Shown: positions 41,643-55,201, counted from the stretch's first letter. The stretch: DNA of 64,000 bases from the human T2T-CHM13v2.0 reference genome, Homo sapiens (GCF_009914755.1 NC_060936.1); one strand, 5' to 3'. Translations and numbers: made by a program. The notes: generated by a model from the letters alone, not told the origin.

Positions 41643-41672
41643 CTTTCTCCGATGTTTCCTCAGATCACTTGG
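41643..41672 (-). CDS. PPFIA2: PPFIA2 30-nt coding mini-exon, PSDLRKHRRK
   Basis: actgccaatcacag|CCAAGTGATCTGAGGAAACATCGGAGAAAG|gtacag. Symmetric phase 0/0. Fills the MTL-PSDLRKHRRK-IAVV gap in the recalled protein. Confidence 0.95.
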
Positions 41673-43910
41673 CTGTGATTGGCAGTAATAAAAACATAAA
41701 ACACAATTAATTAAGAATTAACAATCATTTGACCAAGTTACAATTTTAAATAGTGTCTACAACTTGACTATCATTTTTTTCTTCATTTTGTTATTTTCTA
41801 AATAAACATATTTTAATTACTATAAAAGCACTCCGCCTGGTAGTTAAATTTAGAGAGGGAACTTCTCAGGTAACATAAGTCAGATGATTGTTTCCATAAT
41901 GGGGCCATGTGTACTGTACAGGCACTGGATACGAGGCATGGACCCTGGGAAAGAGAAACTGTGGAATGAGTGAGTGAGTCTAGCTAGAAGAGTGAGCTAG
42001 CTAGAAATAAACGAGACTGCATCTTTTCAAGAAAATATTATTGGGAGTGAAGATCCAATGCATATACAAGGAGTTTATAAATTCTTGTTTTTGCCCCATC
42101 TATGCAGAGCTTTGGGCCTCCTTTGGGCAGATGTGCTGTTCCTGTGGGATCTCAAAATTTTTGGCATCCTAAAATCTTTCTCTTTCCCACAAATGCCAAA
42201 AGCATTTTCTTCAGGTTAAAAAAAATTACCCATATTTTATTAAAAATATACAATTGATGACAGAATTATATTAGGTGTTAAGGACTTCCTGGATTTCATT
42301 TCTTGCTTCTCTGACTTAGATATTAAACACTTTAAATATTTCTTTACTCTTCTAAAAATGCCTTTTTTTTCAGTACTCTAATTATAATGTAATAATATTC
42401 ATATTCCACTGATTTATTTATTACTAATTGTTCAAGAGAATTCATGAAAGCACTGGCATCTTTCTCTCTCTCTCTGTCTCTCACACACACACACAATCAC
42501 ATCTAAAGGATTATAAATATTTTATTGCTATGAAAGTAATAGCACTATCAAGAGTTATGATGCTTATGTTTATAAAAAGACTTAAAAGTGTAAAACTGTG
42601 TTGTAAAAATGTCAGAAATAAAAGCAATACAAAAATAATCAAAGTATTCCTGCCTTGAATGCTGACTAAATTTTATTCTGTGGTCCAGGATTCTTACTAT
42701 AGGTTTGGTACTAAGTTGCTCATTAATACTATGTAGCATATCTTATATAGGCAGAAACTAAGCAAGAGACAATAACACTTTTAACTAACAAAATCAGATG
42801 AATGGTTCCTAAATTTCTAAAATAAGCAGATCACAATGTAGTTCCGTATGTTTGGTTAGTATATCTCAGCACATTGGCTAAAAGTTTGTACTGTATCCAA
42901 GTGGAATCAGTTCTGATTAGCTGGGCATTTTTTCTGGTTGGCCATTGTCTATTCTATTTAAAAAACATTTTTAGTAGGAAGTTTTGGAAATGAGCAGAAA
43001 ATAGTGGACTCAGCAGCTTAAAGAGGTAACTGTCTTCTTTTTAAAAAAAATTCACAATTTTTCTTTTACATAAGTTTTATGGCTTGGAAGCCTCAAAATT
43101 GTAAGTATGCCAATGCATATTCACTACAAAAACATAATTTTACCTCCATAAACAGTTCAGAATGTTTTAATCTTCATCATTGGTGTCATTTCAACATACT
43201 ATATTTCTAGGTAATGACTGAAACAGAAAGACATGGTAGTACATGCTTTTAAATTAGGCAAATTTGTGGAAAAATCCAGCTCCATTTATTAGCTGTGTTG
43301 AATATGGGCACTCCATTTATACTCTCAAAACCTCCACTCTCTGTTGAGATAATGCCCTACTACCTCCAGTTTTGCCACGAGAATTAAATGACTAACATCA
43401 TGGTATTCAGCAGTCATCACAATCATATTTTCCAGAGGTTTTATTATATATAAATATATATAATGAAATATATTTTATAATGAAATACATATATTACATA
43501 TTAATATATTTTTATAATAAAATTTTTTAGAATGGGGAAATTTGACTTTTTCTCAGTTGCATTCAGGAGACTTCCTAATTTAGGCTTCCATCTTCTAATC
43601 CCAAATATAAAGATAAATGAAATAAGGAATTAATGTATACATGTGAAAATGTGAATATAAAATCTAAAACAAAATTAGGAATTAGTAGCTGTTGTTTTTT
43701 ATGGCTCTTAACACAAATAATGCAAGAAATTTATGTTATATATTGAAAAGTTATAAAACTCTATCTTGGTGTATTGAAGCAATTATAATACTAAGTTTTG
43801 TTACTTATTATGTTAAAAACACACACACACAGAGTCCAAAGTGATTTCCTCCGTATGCCATCAATAAAAATGTACTTAATGGTTTAAGTCATTCAATTTT
43901 TAAAAAAAAA

Positions 43911-44235
43911 TTATTTTATTTTATTTTTTTCAAGAAGGAATCTCACTCTGTTGCCCAGGCTGGAGTGCAGTGTTGCCATGATAGCTCACTGCAGTCTCAA
44001 ATTCCTAGGCTCAAGGAATCCTGCTGCCTCAGTATCCTAAGTAGCAGTGACTACAGGTACAGACCACCACCACACCCAGCTAATTTTTTTCTTTTTCTCT
44101 TTTTCTTTTCTTTTTTTTTGAGATGCGGTCTTGCTATGTTTCTTAGGCTAGTCTTGAAATCCTTGCCTCTAGGTAATCCTCCTGCCTCAGCCTCCAAAAG
44201 CGCTAGGATTATAGCTGTGAGCCACTATGCCCAGA
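43911..44235 (-). mobile_element. AluJ
   Basis: tctcactctgttgcccaggctggagtgcag...atagctcactgcag...gagccactatgcccag. Confidence 0.93.
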
Positions 44236-44269
44236 AATTCATTGACATTTATAATGTGCTATTTAGATC

Positions 44270-44460
44270 TCTGCTCTACCATTGACTTACTATTTGACCC
44301 TTAGAAAGTTACAGCACCTGTGTGGGTTACCATTTCTTCATCTCATAATGGGATTCATAAATGTACTGATCACATAGGGATGTTGTGAATAAGAAAATAA
44401 ATAAACAATAAAATACACAGAAAGTACTTAGACTAGAACAAACACCCAGTTAAGTTTTAG
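44270..44460 (+). mobile_element. MIR fragment
   Basis: tgctctaccattgacttactatttgaccctt...cttcatctcataatgggatt...gttgtgaataag. Confidence 0.6.
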
Positions 44461-44516
44461 CTAAAGCATCATTAATCTTAACAGGAGGCAAAGGTTCTCT
44501 GGACACATCACCATAC

Positions 44517-44754
44517 CAGTGTCATGACTCCCATCCGATCCATTTCCCTGGCAGGGCTTCGAGGGGTGAGCTTTGGAGTTGAGTGTCCACTGGGGGGAGA
44601 TGAACTGGCCAGCGATGAAGCTGTAACAGAGGCAGTAATGGAGGTACCTGGGTGGACCCTTGCCAAATTCAGGCCTTCGAGGCTCACACTAGCCACTCTA
44701 TTTTCAATTTCTTCAGCACGCAACTCTGTAGATTCTTTTTCTTCCTGAATTAGC
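44517..44754 (-). CDS. PPFIA2: PPFIA2 coding exon, 238 nt, (R)[20 protein letters not shown]...[14 protein letters not shown]
   Basis: ctttcag|GCTAATT...ACACTG|gtatgg. Track ORF 44508..44723. Phase 2 in, phase 0 out. Confidence 0.98.
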
Positions 44755-45439
44755 CTGAAAGATACAGTTTAATTATGATCCATATATAATTTAATATGGA
44801 TCCATTATATGCTGCTGTAAGGATCATTGGAATTCACATAATAAATCAGTAGAAACTATTCTTGAACATTTTACATCAAATCTAATTTTTTCATCTTTTT
44901 TTTTTCTCTAAATAGTGTAACTTGCAGTAAATTCCAGGGACTTCCTGGCTGCAGTTTAGAAAATTGTTTTCAAATGATACATTTTTTCCTGACAACTTCC
45001 AGTTTTACCTTCTTTGTATACTACCACCTGCTAAAACTATTTAAAAATCTTGAACCTAATTAATTTCTACCATTAATCCTAATCTTACATTTGACCTCAG
45101 GAACCACTAAAAGAGACTTTAGAAACTCAGCCTTGAGATGGCAAAGGACTAGCAATAGCTTAGAAAAAGTGAAAGATTATAATTACATGTAAATATCCCT
45201 CTTAAGATTCAAAGTCATTGAATCTTACCTCCTACCTAATGAAAAAGTTTAAATGATAGTATCCTCAGTAAATGGTCATTCATAATTAGCCAAATAAAAC
45301 CCTGAGTCTTTTCTTAATATTAATACTTAGCCAAGCCTCCTTTAAATAAGTACCAGAAAAGGTAATAATGTGAAAATATAGTTATATAGATAGATGATGA
45401 ATACATAAATAATGAAAAAGTAACTTGCAAATAAAACTA

Positions 45440-45764
<325 letters not shown>

Positions 45765-47269
45765 CTAGGTTGTGTAAAAATCCTATTTGAATCCTGAATT
45801 AAATCTATACACATTTTGTATGTTGTTATAATGAAACTGTGTACCAGTATAGTTTGATAAGGGGGTCGTAAAATTCTCCTGAGCTATTTTGTTCTTGATT
45901 ACAAATGGTTTATTGGGATCCCCTCTTATATAGAACCTGTACCTTCAAGTTTATGATCACTTCAAAGTTTTCTTTTTACATATTTAGAATGGAGAATGTA
46001 ATTTATTTGCTAAATTTATTCGCTAAATTTATTCAATAGGAAATACTTCTCTGGTGTACGTTTACTATGGGAAGTTGAGCTACATTTACTCACCTGTTTT
46101 TATATGTTCACCAGCTCTTTGATTATTAACTCACTGCTGGTGTCTTCACTAACTATTCTGCAAATCTTTCAGTTTTTAAGTAGTATGTGTTTGCTGGCCA
46201 GGCAGAAAGTACTTTGGTAGTCTACTTACATGTCATTGGAATAAGTGATCTTTGTGATTTTAATAGGCTGTTTAAAAATCTTACAAAGTATGGACTTAAA
46301 ATCTAATCAAATATGTTTCACAAAGGTTCATTTTGGTTAAAACATTATGAGGCACATTTACACTTAATTATAATCTTTCACTTAGAAAAAGAACATGAAT
46401 TCTGTTACTCTCAAAGTTTATTTTCATGAATGCATTTTTTAACTTCACCCCAAGGTCAGAACTCCAAAGAAAGGTTTAATCAAGTAACATAGTACATAGT
46501 AACATAGCTTAACACACATTTGAAAGAAAAAACTATCTTCACCCTCAAAAAATAAAAATGTAAAAAAAAGAAGACATTTTGTACTTTTAAAATACTTAGT
46601 AGAAAAATGACTCCTAGAAATTTTTTTCTGGTGAGATGTAACATGGTTATGCTGTACACAGAAATTTTGGTTATTAACTTTAGGTATTCTATAAATTGTA
46701 CAAGACAGCCAAACCTAGAGGAACAAGTTGGGTAAGAGAGTATATTGAAGTTTAATTTAACAGACAATAGTAGCTAACTATAAAAGCACAGATGAATGAA
46801 CATTGCTGTGGCAAATGAGTTTGAAGTAATTTGAATCAGCGAGCTGTGAAGACAGAAAACATGCATTTTTTAATGGCTAGATTAGTTTATGAAAGAAGAA
46901 AAATCTTAATCACAGAAAAATTCTGGTTGTTATTAGCAGTTCACCTGGTTTGAATCAAGATGACTATTTCTTTTAAATGTGATATAATCTCATTTCATGT
47001 ATTTTTAAAATCTTACAAATAAACAACTATATTAACCTACTGGCCAAGATTGTTACTAGAAATTACTACCCTAATGTTACAAAGCTAAGAGTCACTGAAG
47101 AGAAATAGCTTGTTATGGAGGGTGTGTTGATCTCTTTGGTGCAAATAAATATCACAAGAATATAGACTTGATTTCAAACTTAATTTGGTAAATTCGACCA
47201 TTAGCTGAACAGCCTCAGAAAGTGTTATTCCGTTATTCCGTTAATACTTGTTTTACATTATTTTTCTAT

Positions 47270-47830
47270 TTAGAGTAATCAAATATTTATGAAGCACTCT
47301 CTAAATATCAAGCGAAGTGCTAAGACCTGCAAATAAAGGTGAGCAAAGCCAGATACATTTCTTGCTCCTGTATAAAAGTTACAATCTAGTGAAGGTAAAG
47401 AACTGAAGGACAGTACTACGTTCCTTGAAGAAGTGATGGAGGAGCTGTCCATGGTGAGTAAGGGTAACATGAGTGAAATGTTAGGGTAGAAGGGTGTGGA
47501 ATGACAGGAATGTTCCAGAAGAAAGGGATGACACAACAAAAGAAAGAGCATGGAACATCAAGGAACTAGAAAGTAGGCAAGGTAAATGGTTAGAGAATGG
47601 TGAGACAGGTGAGGTATTGTAGACCATATTAAAAAGTGTGGTTGGTATCCTAAGAACAATTGAATGGTTAGAAAAAGGGGGATTACATAAACACATTTGT
47701 GTGTTTAAAAGTCTTCTCTGGCTGTAGTTAGGTTGGTATATGGAGAACTAGCATACTACAAAGAAACCAGATAGTAATGGTTATTGTCATAAGGTAAAAA
47801 ACTATTCTAAAGTGCAGTAGGGTGATGATA
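47270..47830 (-). mobile_element. L2 LINE 3' fragment
   Basis: Reverse L2 terminus (caaatatttatgaagcact) and internal L2-like motifs. Confidence 0.6.
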
Positions 47831-48599
47831 GGTAATTTGAATAATAGTAGAAGGAAGCCAACTGATTTAGCTAGACCCAGAAAGAAAAAAGAAAGGCATT
47901 GTTCAAAAGACTTAAAACCTGTTCACCCATTGAAAAAACAAGTTAAGAATGGTTTGTTGATATTCAGAAGAACACAAATCTACCTGACACAATTGGGTTC
48001 ATCACTGGGGTTAGTCAAGGAAATGACAGAAAAAGCTGATGTCATTGGAATTCAAGAAACCATATATTAAATTAAAATAAAAGTATCAGAGTGCCAACAT
48101 TTCTCAATATTTGAAATGTTAATTTGTCCAATTTCAATTGTAATGAAAACCATCTATTATTAGGGTACTATATAGCAACAGTACATTTTTTTCATAACTA
48201 GTATGAAATAGTTCATATCACCATATGTTTTATTGCCTTTGAAATGAAAATATAATAAAGATATTTGTTAGGCTATAATATTAAATTATGTCTCACAGAT
48301 ATAGTAAGCCTTTTATATTTAAAGAATGCAAATGAATTTGGTCCCCATTTACTTAGAAAATGTTCGCACATATGTCCCCAAAATGCTAGGGGATTTTTAA
48401 TGATCAGCCTGATTTGTTATAAACTTCAGCATTAATATGTGAAAAATGTATTTTCACTGATGTAAGAATATTAATCATAAAAAACTCTATAAGAATTGTG
48501 TCTCAGTTTAAGATATGGTAGCAGCCCAACTTCAAACGCAAGTTTTAGGCACCAGTGAACACAATTAAACAGCCACAAGCACTAAGATTAACAATCTGA

Positions 48600-48900
<301 letters not shown>

Positions 48901-49061
48901 ATCTGAATTTTCATGCAATATGTTAATACAGAAATGTAATTTTTATTATTAAGAATAGTAGTAATATGTTTGGTTTATCCCATTTAAAGGCATTAACTTT
49001 TATTTTTTCTCAAGTGTTCCAGGCAGAGAAGAGGACTCTATCCTGCTTTCTGCATTTGCTT

Positions 49062-49600
49062 TGCTATGAACTGAATTTTATCTCCCACCTTCAATTCATA
49101 GGCCGAAGCTGTAAAGGCCAAAGTGACTGTATTTGAAAATAGGATCTGGAGGAGGTAATTGAGGTTACATGAGGTCTTCCATAAATCTTTCTTTAGTAAA
49201 GGCTCTCAGATCCCTTAAAAGTATTTAAAAATTGGAGTGAAATTAATTTGCTCTTCTGACAAGTTCAAGATCAAGGTTCCAGCAGGATTCTGTTTTTGGT
49301 AAAGGCTCTCTGTTCCTGGCTCCAGGAAAAGGGAAAGGTGGGTGGGCAGTGGGGGGCAGACAGAGAGAGAGAGAGAGAGAGAGGCTTAATTCTATAGAAT
49401 TAATATATTAATGTTCTATCTCTCTCTCTCCCCCCACTGTCTTTCTGCCTCCCACTGCCTGCCTCACTTTCCCTTTCCCTGGAGCCAGGAAGAGAGCCTT
49501 TACCAAAAACTGAACCCTGCTGATACCTTCATCTTGGACCTTCCAGCCTCTAAAACTGTTAATGTTAATAAACTTCCAAGAAACACGCTGTCCCTGATAT
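49062..49600 (+). mobile_element. MLT1-type (MaLR) LTR, internally rearranged by an inverted duplication
   Basis: 5' tgctatgaactgaat...gtgactgtatttgaaaatagg...gaggtaattgaggtta and 3' ccttcatcttggaccttccagcctctaaaactg...aataaa. Confidence 0.75.
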
Positions 49601-49924
49601 AAATGGCATAAAATTGACAAAAAGAATGGTAAATTAATTTCACTCCAATGTTGAAATATTTTAAGGAATCTGAATGCACATTAATTTGCATACTATTTGG
49701 TACCTTTATTGCAGTATGTAATGTATCTGAAGAATGTACGTGATTACCACACACACTTTCCCTTTAAGTAGTAAATTTTAATTTAAAAAGTGCTTTAAAA
49801 TTCACTGGAGAAAGTTTTGCCTTTAACTTATTCTTCTGTACTGTCACTGATGTCATTAATCTTATATGTTTCATGTATGTTCCTTACAAAGGCTGTCCTA
49901 ATATTATAAAGGAGATATACAATA

Positions 49925-50056
49925 TCCTGGGAATCTTCTGAAAATACACATTCTGATTCAGTGTGTACGGGGTGAGGTCTGAGATTCTGCAGATCTATTA
50001 AGCTCCCAGTTAATGCTAATGCTTCTGATCTAGTAATTACATTTTTAGTACAGTAT
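49925..50056. mobile_element. MER5-like hAT relic
   Basis: attctgattcagt...ggggtgaggtctgagattctgc...aagctcccagttaatgctaatgct. Confidence 0.7.
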
Positions 50057-50102
50057 CAAGGTCTTCTAATTTCTTGAAATCATCAGTACTAATTGAAGTT
50101 AC

Positions 50103-50323
50103 CTGATTTCTTTGTTGATGGCATCCAATTGTTCCTGAAGCATCATGGCTAGCGTCTGGGCATCGGAATGACCACTTGGAGAGAGAAGATCCATTGAGCT
50201 AAAAATTGTTTCTCTGTCATCATCATCAATATCAGACATTTCAGTGTCACTTTCAAAAGGGTGGCTGCTTAGTACTCCAATCTGTTGAGTTCTATTCCAC
50301 TCGTGATCCCCAAGAGATTTCAC
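50103..50323 (-). CDS. PPFIA2: PPFIA2 coding exon, 221 nt, VKSLGDHEW...SDAQTLAMMLQEQLDAINKEI(R)
   Basis: ttcag|GTGAAA...ATCAG|gtaac. Track ORF 50099..50323. Contains the liprin-alpha conserved DAQTLAMMLQEQLDAIN motif. Confidence 0.98.
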
Positions 50324-51633
50324 CTGAATGGTGAATGAAAAAATGCAGAATATTTATCATATTGCTCATTTTCAAAGCATTAATCTCAAAGACAGCAACA
50401 ACAACAGGCATGCTTTTACAACTGACCTTGCAAAAACTGAACCAATTATTAACATTTTAATTTATTTGCTTCCATAAAATAGTTCCTTGACATCTTAAGT
50501 AATGTGAGGGATTGTCAGTATAAATATCAAGATTTTAGTAGAAATAAAGATGATAAACTTCTATATGTTTTATAGTTCAATCATATTCCAAGGTAACAAT
50601 TACTTTAAAGCATGTATTTGTAATACTTTTCCTTATTTCCAAATATAACAATCTATTTATTTGTACTCAAGCACTCACGACTTAAACTAATTAGTCTTCC
50701 TATATTTTCTTATTATAAGCTCAGACCACAAATATTATCACATAAGAAATTACACAGGAATTCTCTTCCCAACATTTATTTACATCGATTCTAACAAAAT
50801 ATTATTTAAAATATTGCAAAATGATGTACAGGTATACTCCACAGAGATTTCAGGGTTAGTTCCAGCCCACCCTGATAAAGTGAATATGACATTAGAGTCA
50901 CACAAATTTATTGGTTTCCCAATGAATATGAAAGTTATGCCCATTCTCTACTGAAGTCTATTAAGTGTATAATTGCACTGTGTCTAAAAAATGAACATAC
51001 CTTCATTAAAAATACTTTATAGCTAAAAAATGCTAATGATCATCTGAGCCTTCAGTGAGTTTTAATCTTTTTGCTGGTGGAAGGTCTTGCCTTGATGCTG
51101 ATGGCTGCTGACTGATAAGGGTAATGGTTACTGAAGGTTGGGTGGCTGTGACAATTTTTAAACATAAGACAACAATGAAATTTGCCACATTGATTGACTC
51201 TTTCTTTCATGAAAGATTTCTCTGTAGCATGGAATGCAGTTTGATAGCATTTAACCCAGAGTAGAACTTCTTTCAAAATCGGAATCAATCCTCTCACACC
51301 CTGAAACTGTCTTATCAACTGTGTAATCTAATATTTTATATCCTTTGTTGTCATTTTAACAATGTTCACCAAGAGTAGTTACCATCTTCACTGGGAGTAG
51401 ATTCCATCTCAAGAAACCACTTTCTGTTCATTCATAAAAAGTAAATCCTCATCTGTTCAAGTTTTATCATGAGATTGCAGCAATTTGGTTTCGTTTTCAG
51501 GCTCTACTTCTAATTCTAGTTCTCTTGTTATTTTCACCACATTTGCAGTTATTTCCTCCACAGAAGTATTGAGCCCTTCAAAGTCATCCATGAGGGTTAA
51601 AATCAATGTCTTCTTAACTCTTATTAAGGTTGA

Positions 51634-51925
51634 TTTTTTTTTTTTGAGAGGGAGTCTTGCTCTGTTGCCCAGGCTGGAGGGCAGCGGCTTGATCTCGGCT
51701 CACTGCAACCTCTGCCACCCGAGCTCAAGCTATTCTCATGCCTCAGCCTTCAGAGTAGCTAGGAATGCAGAGGTGCACAACCACACCCAGCTAATTTTTG
51801 TACTTTTAGTAGAGATGAGATTTCACCATGTTGGCCAGGCTGGTCTCGAGCTCCTGACTTCAGGTGATCACCTGCCTCAGCCTCTCAAAGTGCTGGGATT
51901 ACAGGTGTGAGCCATTGAACCTGAT
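51634..51925 (-). mobile_element. AluS nested in Tigger1
   Basis: Reverse Alu. TSD-like aaggttgat on both sides. Confidence 0.95.
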
Positions 51926-53364
51926 CAAGGTTGATGTTTTGACCTTCTCCCATGAGTCATAAATGTTCTTAATGGCGCCTAGAATGATGAATCGTTTCCA
52001 GAATGTTTTCAATTGGCTTTGCCCCAATCCATCAGAGGAGTCACTACCTATGGCAGTTATAGCCCTGTGAAATGTATTTCTTAAGTTATAATACTTGAAA
52101 GCCAAAATTACTGCTTTATCCACGGGCTACAGAATGAATGTTGTGTTAGCAGGCACGAAAAAAACAATCTCTTTGAGCATCTCTGTCAGAGCTCTTGGGT
52201 GGCCAGGTGCATTGTTAATAAGTAGTAATATTTTGAAAGGAGTATTTTTTTCTGAGCAGTAAGTCTCAAATCTGTGTTTAAAATATTCAGTAAACCATGC
52301 TGTAAACAAATGTGCTGTCATCTAGGCTTTGTTGTTGCATTCATAGAGCACAGGTAGAGTAGATTTAGCAGAATTCTTGAAGACCCTAGGATTTTCAGCA
52401 TAGTGAATGAGCATTGGCTTCAGCTTACAGTCACTAGCTGCATTCATTCACCCCTGTCCTCTGAGTCTTTGAAGCCAGTCATTTACTTTTCTTCTCTATA
52501 TATGAAAGTCCTAGCTGGCATCTTCTTCCAATGGAAGGTGGTTTCATCTACATTGAAAACCCATCGTTTAGTGTAGTCATCCTCATGAATTATCGTAGCT
52601 AGATCTTCTGAATAACTTTTAACAGCTTCTCCATCAGCCCTTGTTGCTTCACCTTGCACTTTTATGTTGTGAAGATGGCTTCCTTCCTTAAACTTTATGA
52701 ACTGAACAACCCTCTGCTAGCTTCAAAGTTTTCTTCTGCAGCTTCCTCACCTCTCTCAGTCTTCATATAAATGAGGAGAGTTATGGTCTTGCTCTGGGTT
52801 ATGCTTTGGTTTAAGGGAATGTTGTCCATGCTTTGATTGTTTATCACTAAATGATCAAATTTACGTAGACCACTAAAACGTTCTCCATAGCAGCAGTAAG
52901 GCTGTTTTGTTTTCTTACTTGCGTGTTGTTTCTTATTTTCCTTCAGGAACTTTTCCTTTGTAGTCACAACTTGGCTGTTTGATGCCAGAGGCCTAGCTTT
53001 TGGCTTAACTCAGCTTTTGACATGTCTTTCTCACTAACTTTAATTGTTGCTAGCTTTTGACTTAGTGAGAGATGTGCAACTCTTACTTTCACTTGAACAC
53101 TTAAGGCTATTGTAGGGTTATTAATTGATCTACTTTCAATATTGTTGTGTCTTGGGGAATACAAAGGCCCAAAGAAAGGGAAAGCAGTGGGAAATGGCTG
53201 TTGGAGCAGAAGCACACACAACATATAGATTAACTTCACTATCTTATATTGGCATGGTTCATGGTGTACCCAAATGATTACAATAGTGACATCAAAGATC
53301 ACTGTTCACAGATCACCATAACAGATATAATAATAATAATAAAAGTTTGAAATATTTCGAGAAC

Positions 53365-53663
53365 TGGTAGGTGCAGTGGTTCACGCTTATAATCCCAGCA
53401 CTTTGGGAGGCTGAGGTGGGCAGATCACTTGAGCACAGGAGTTTGAGATCAACCTGGGCAAGATGGTGAAATCCCATCACTACAAAAAATACAAAAATTA
53501 GCTGGGCATAGTGGTGCCCGCTTGTGGTCCCAGCTACTTGGGAGGCTGAGATGGGAGGATTGCTTGAGCTCAGGAATTCAAGGCTGCAATGAGCCATGAT
53601 CGTGCCACTGCACTCCAGCCTGGGTGACAGAATAATACCCTGTCTCAAAAAAATAAAAAAAAA
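53365..53663 (+). mobile_element. AluJ nested in Tigger1
   Basis: Forward Alu dimer with A tail. aaatatt on both flanks. Confidence 0.94.
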
Positions 53664-55065
53664 GAAATATTGTGAAAATTGCCAAAATATGAGACAGATA
53701 TAGGAAATGAGCACATGCATTGAAAAACTAGCATCCATAGACTTGCTTGAGGCAAGGTTATCAGGAACCTTCAATTTGTAAAAAACTGACAAACAAACAA
53801 ACATAATGCTTGTGAAATACAATAAAGCAAAGCACAGTAAAACAAGGTATACCTGTAATTTTTAAGCCCAAGGCATGCTAATTTACATGGTTATGTTTTT
53901 TAAATGGATACAAGAAATCTTCCATTTGAAGTAAGCAATTGACCAGTGTTTTTCAAGCTGTTATCTGAATGTATGAGGAGGCTGAGCATAAAAGACAGAT
54001 CCTAGATCTCTTTTATTCTGCTTCTTAAAAAATTGGTTTTTATTTTTGTGATCATATAAAATGATTTCTATGGAAGACCACATGATACTTCCCTGAGCAT
54101 TGAGTTAAGAATTGAGAACCAGAATTAGTATTTGTGTTACAATTTGTTTTGGTATCAAGTAGCACTAATTAATTTGTCACATAATAATGAGAAAAGAATT
54201 GAGATTAACTTAATTTAGTCTTCATTTGCTCATTTATTTATTCATGTATTCAACAGATATTGAATGCCTACTATGATGGATTAATTAATACATGGCATAC
54301 TGGTGCCAGTTCAAACCCAAAAGTCATCAAGGGCCTGTGTACAAATATGGACAAATGGATTATATAGTATTTGGGGTGAATAAAAGTGGTTGAAAGAATA
54401 AACTATGCTTAGGCACCAAAGGACTATTTTACTTCTCTGTAAAATACAACTACATTATTCAACAAACAGCTTGCAAATTTTAAATTAAGTTACTGACTGA
54501 ATGGAAGGCTAGCACTGCCCCTTATCATTAATAGTTCTTTATGAACACAAGGAATAGTCTATGTACATTTTCTTCAAAGTGTTTTTAAAATACCAATTTT
54601 AATTAAGTTAATTTGAATGAACAACATGAATGCCATTGCTCAAGTGCCCAAGAAAATCAAAAGACTACATGTTTGGCAATGTAGCATAATAGTTAATATT
54701 ACACTACTAATAGTACTGGAAACTACACAAACATAGGCCCAAGTTTTGACTCCATTACTTTGCTACCTGTGCAATGTTGAACATTTAGCTTTTCTGAGCC
54801 TCAGTGTTTTTATGTCTGAACTTAGTATACAAGTAGTACCCACTTCATAATGTTATATGAATAAATACATGGGAAATGCTTATTCAACTTTGGGCCCATA
54901 GTAGGGGCTTTATGTTACTTATAGTTTTTTTAAAAATGTCATACTCTGTGTTTCAAATTAATAAAAATGCTAGCATTTTCTAATTATCTCAGTGTTAAAA
55001 TTCTATCAAAAATGAAACTATGTATTTAAATAAAACTAGAGAAGAGTTGAAGTTAAAAGATTAAC

Positions 55066-55201
55066 CTTTGGCTCATCTCTTCGCACACCCATGCGGCCTC
55101 TCCTTGGTCTTCTTATTACTTTAGTTGTTCTGTAATCAGACTGGCTGTCCACTAGGGATCCCACTGAGTACCGCAACTCAGCTGAGGTGTCTAGATGAGT
55201 T
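55066..55201 (-). CDS. PPFIA2: PPFIA2 coding exon, 136 nt, (R)THLDTSAELRYSVGSLVDSQSDYRTTKVIRRPRRGRMGVRRDEPK
   Basis: tttttccag|AACTCAT...CCAAAG|gttaat. Contained in track ORF 55036..55239. Phase 2 in, phase 0 out. Confidence 0.97.

Larger units (their letters stand above)
50829..53855 (-). mobile_element. Full-length Tigger1 DNA transposon (decayed transposase) with two nested Alus
   Basis: TIRs caggtatac...gtatacctg with TA duplications (50827-28, 53856-57). About 2.4 kb after removing the Alus. Track ORFs [15 protein letters not shown]...[13 protein letters not shown] and [15 protein letters not shown] are pogo/Tigger transposase fragments. Confidence 0.95.

Noticed and set aside
51052-53302. 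Tigger transposase ORFs as a domesticated TIGD-like gene
   Set aside because: Broken into many short frames with stops and frameshifts, a conserved Asp changed to Asn, and Alus inserted.
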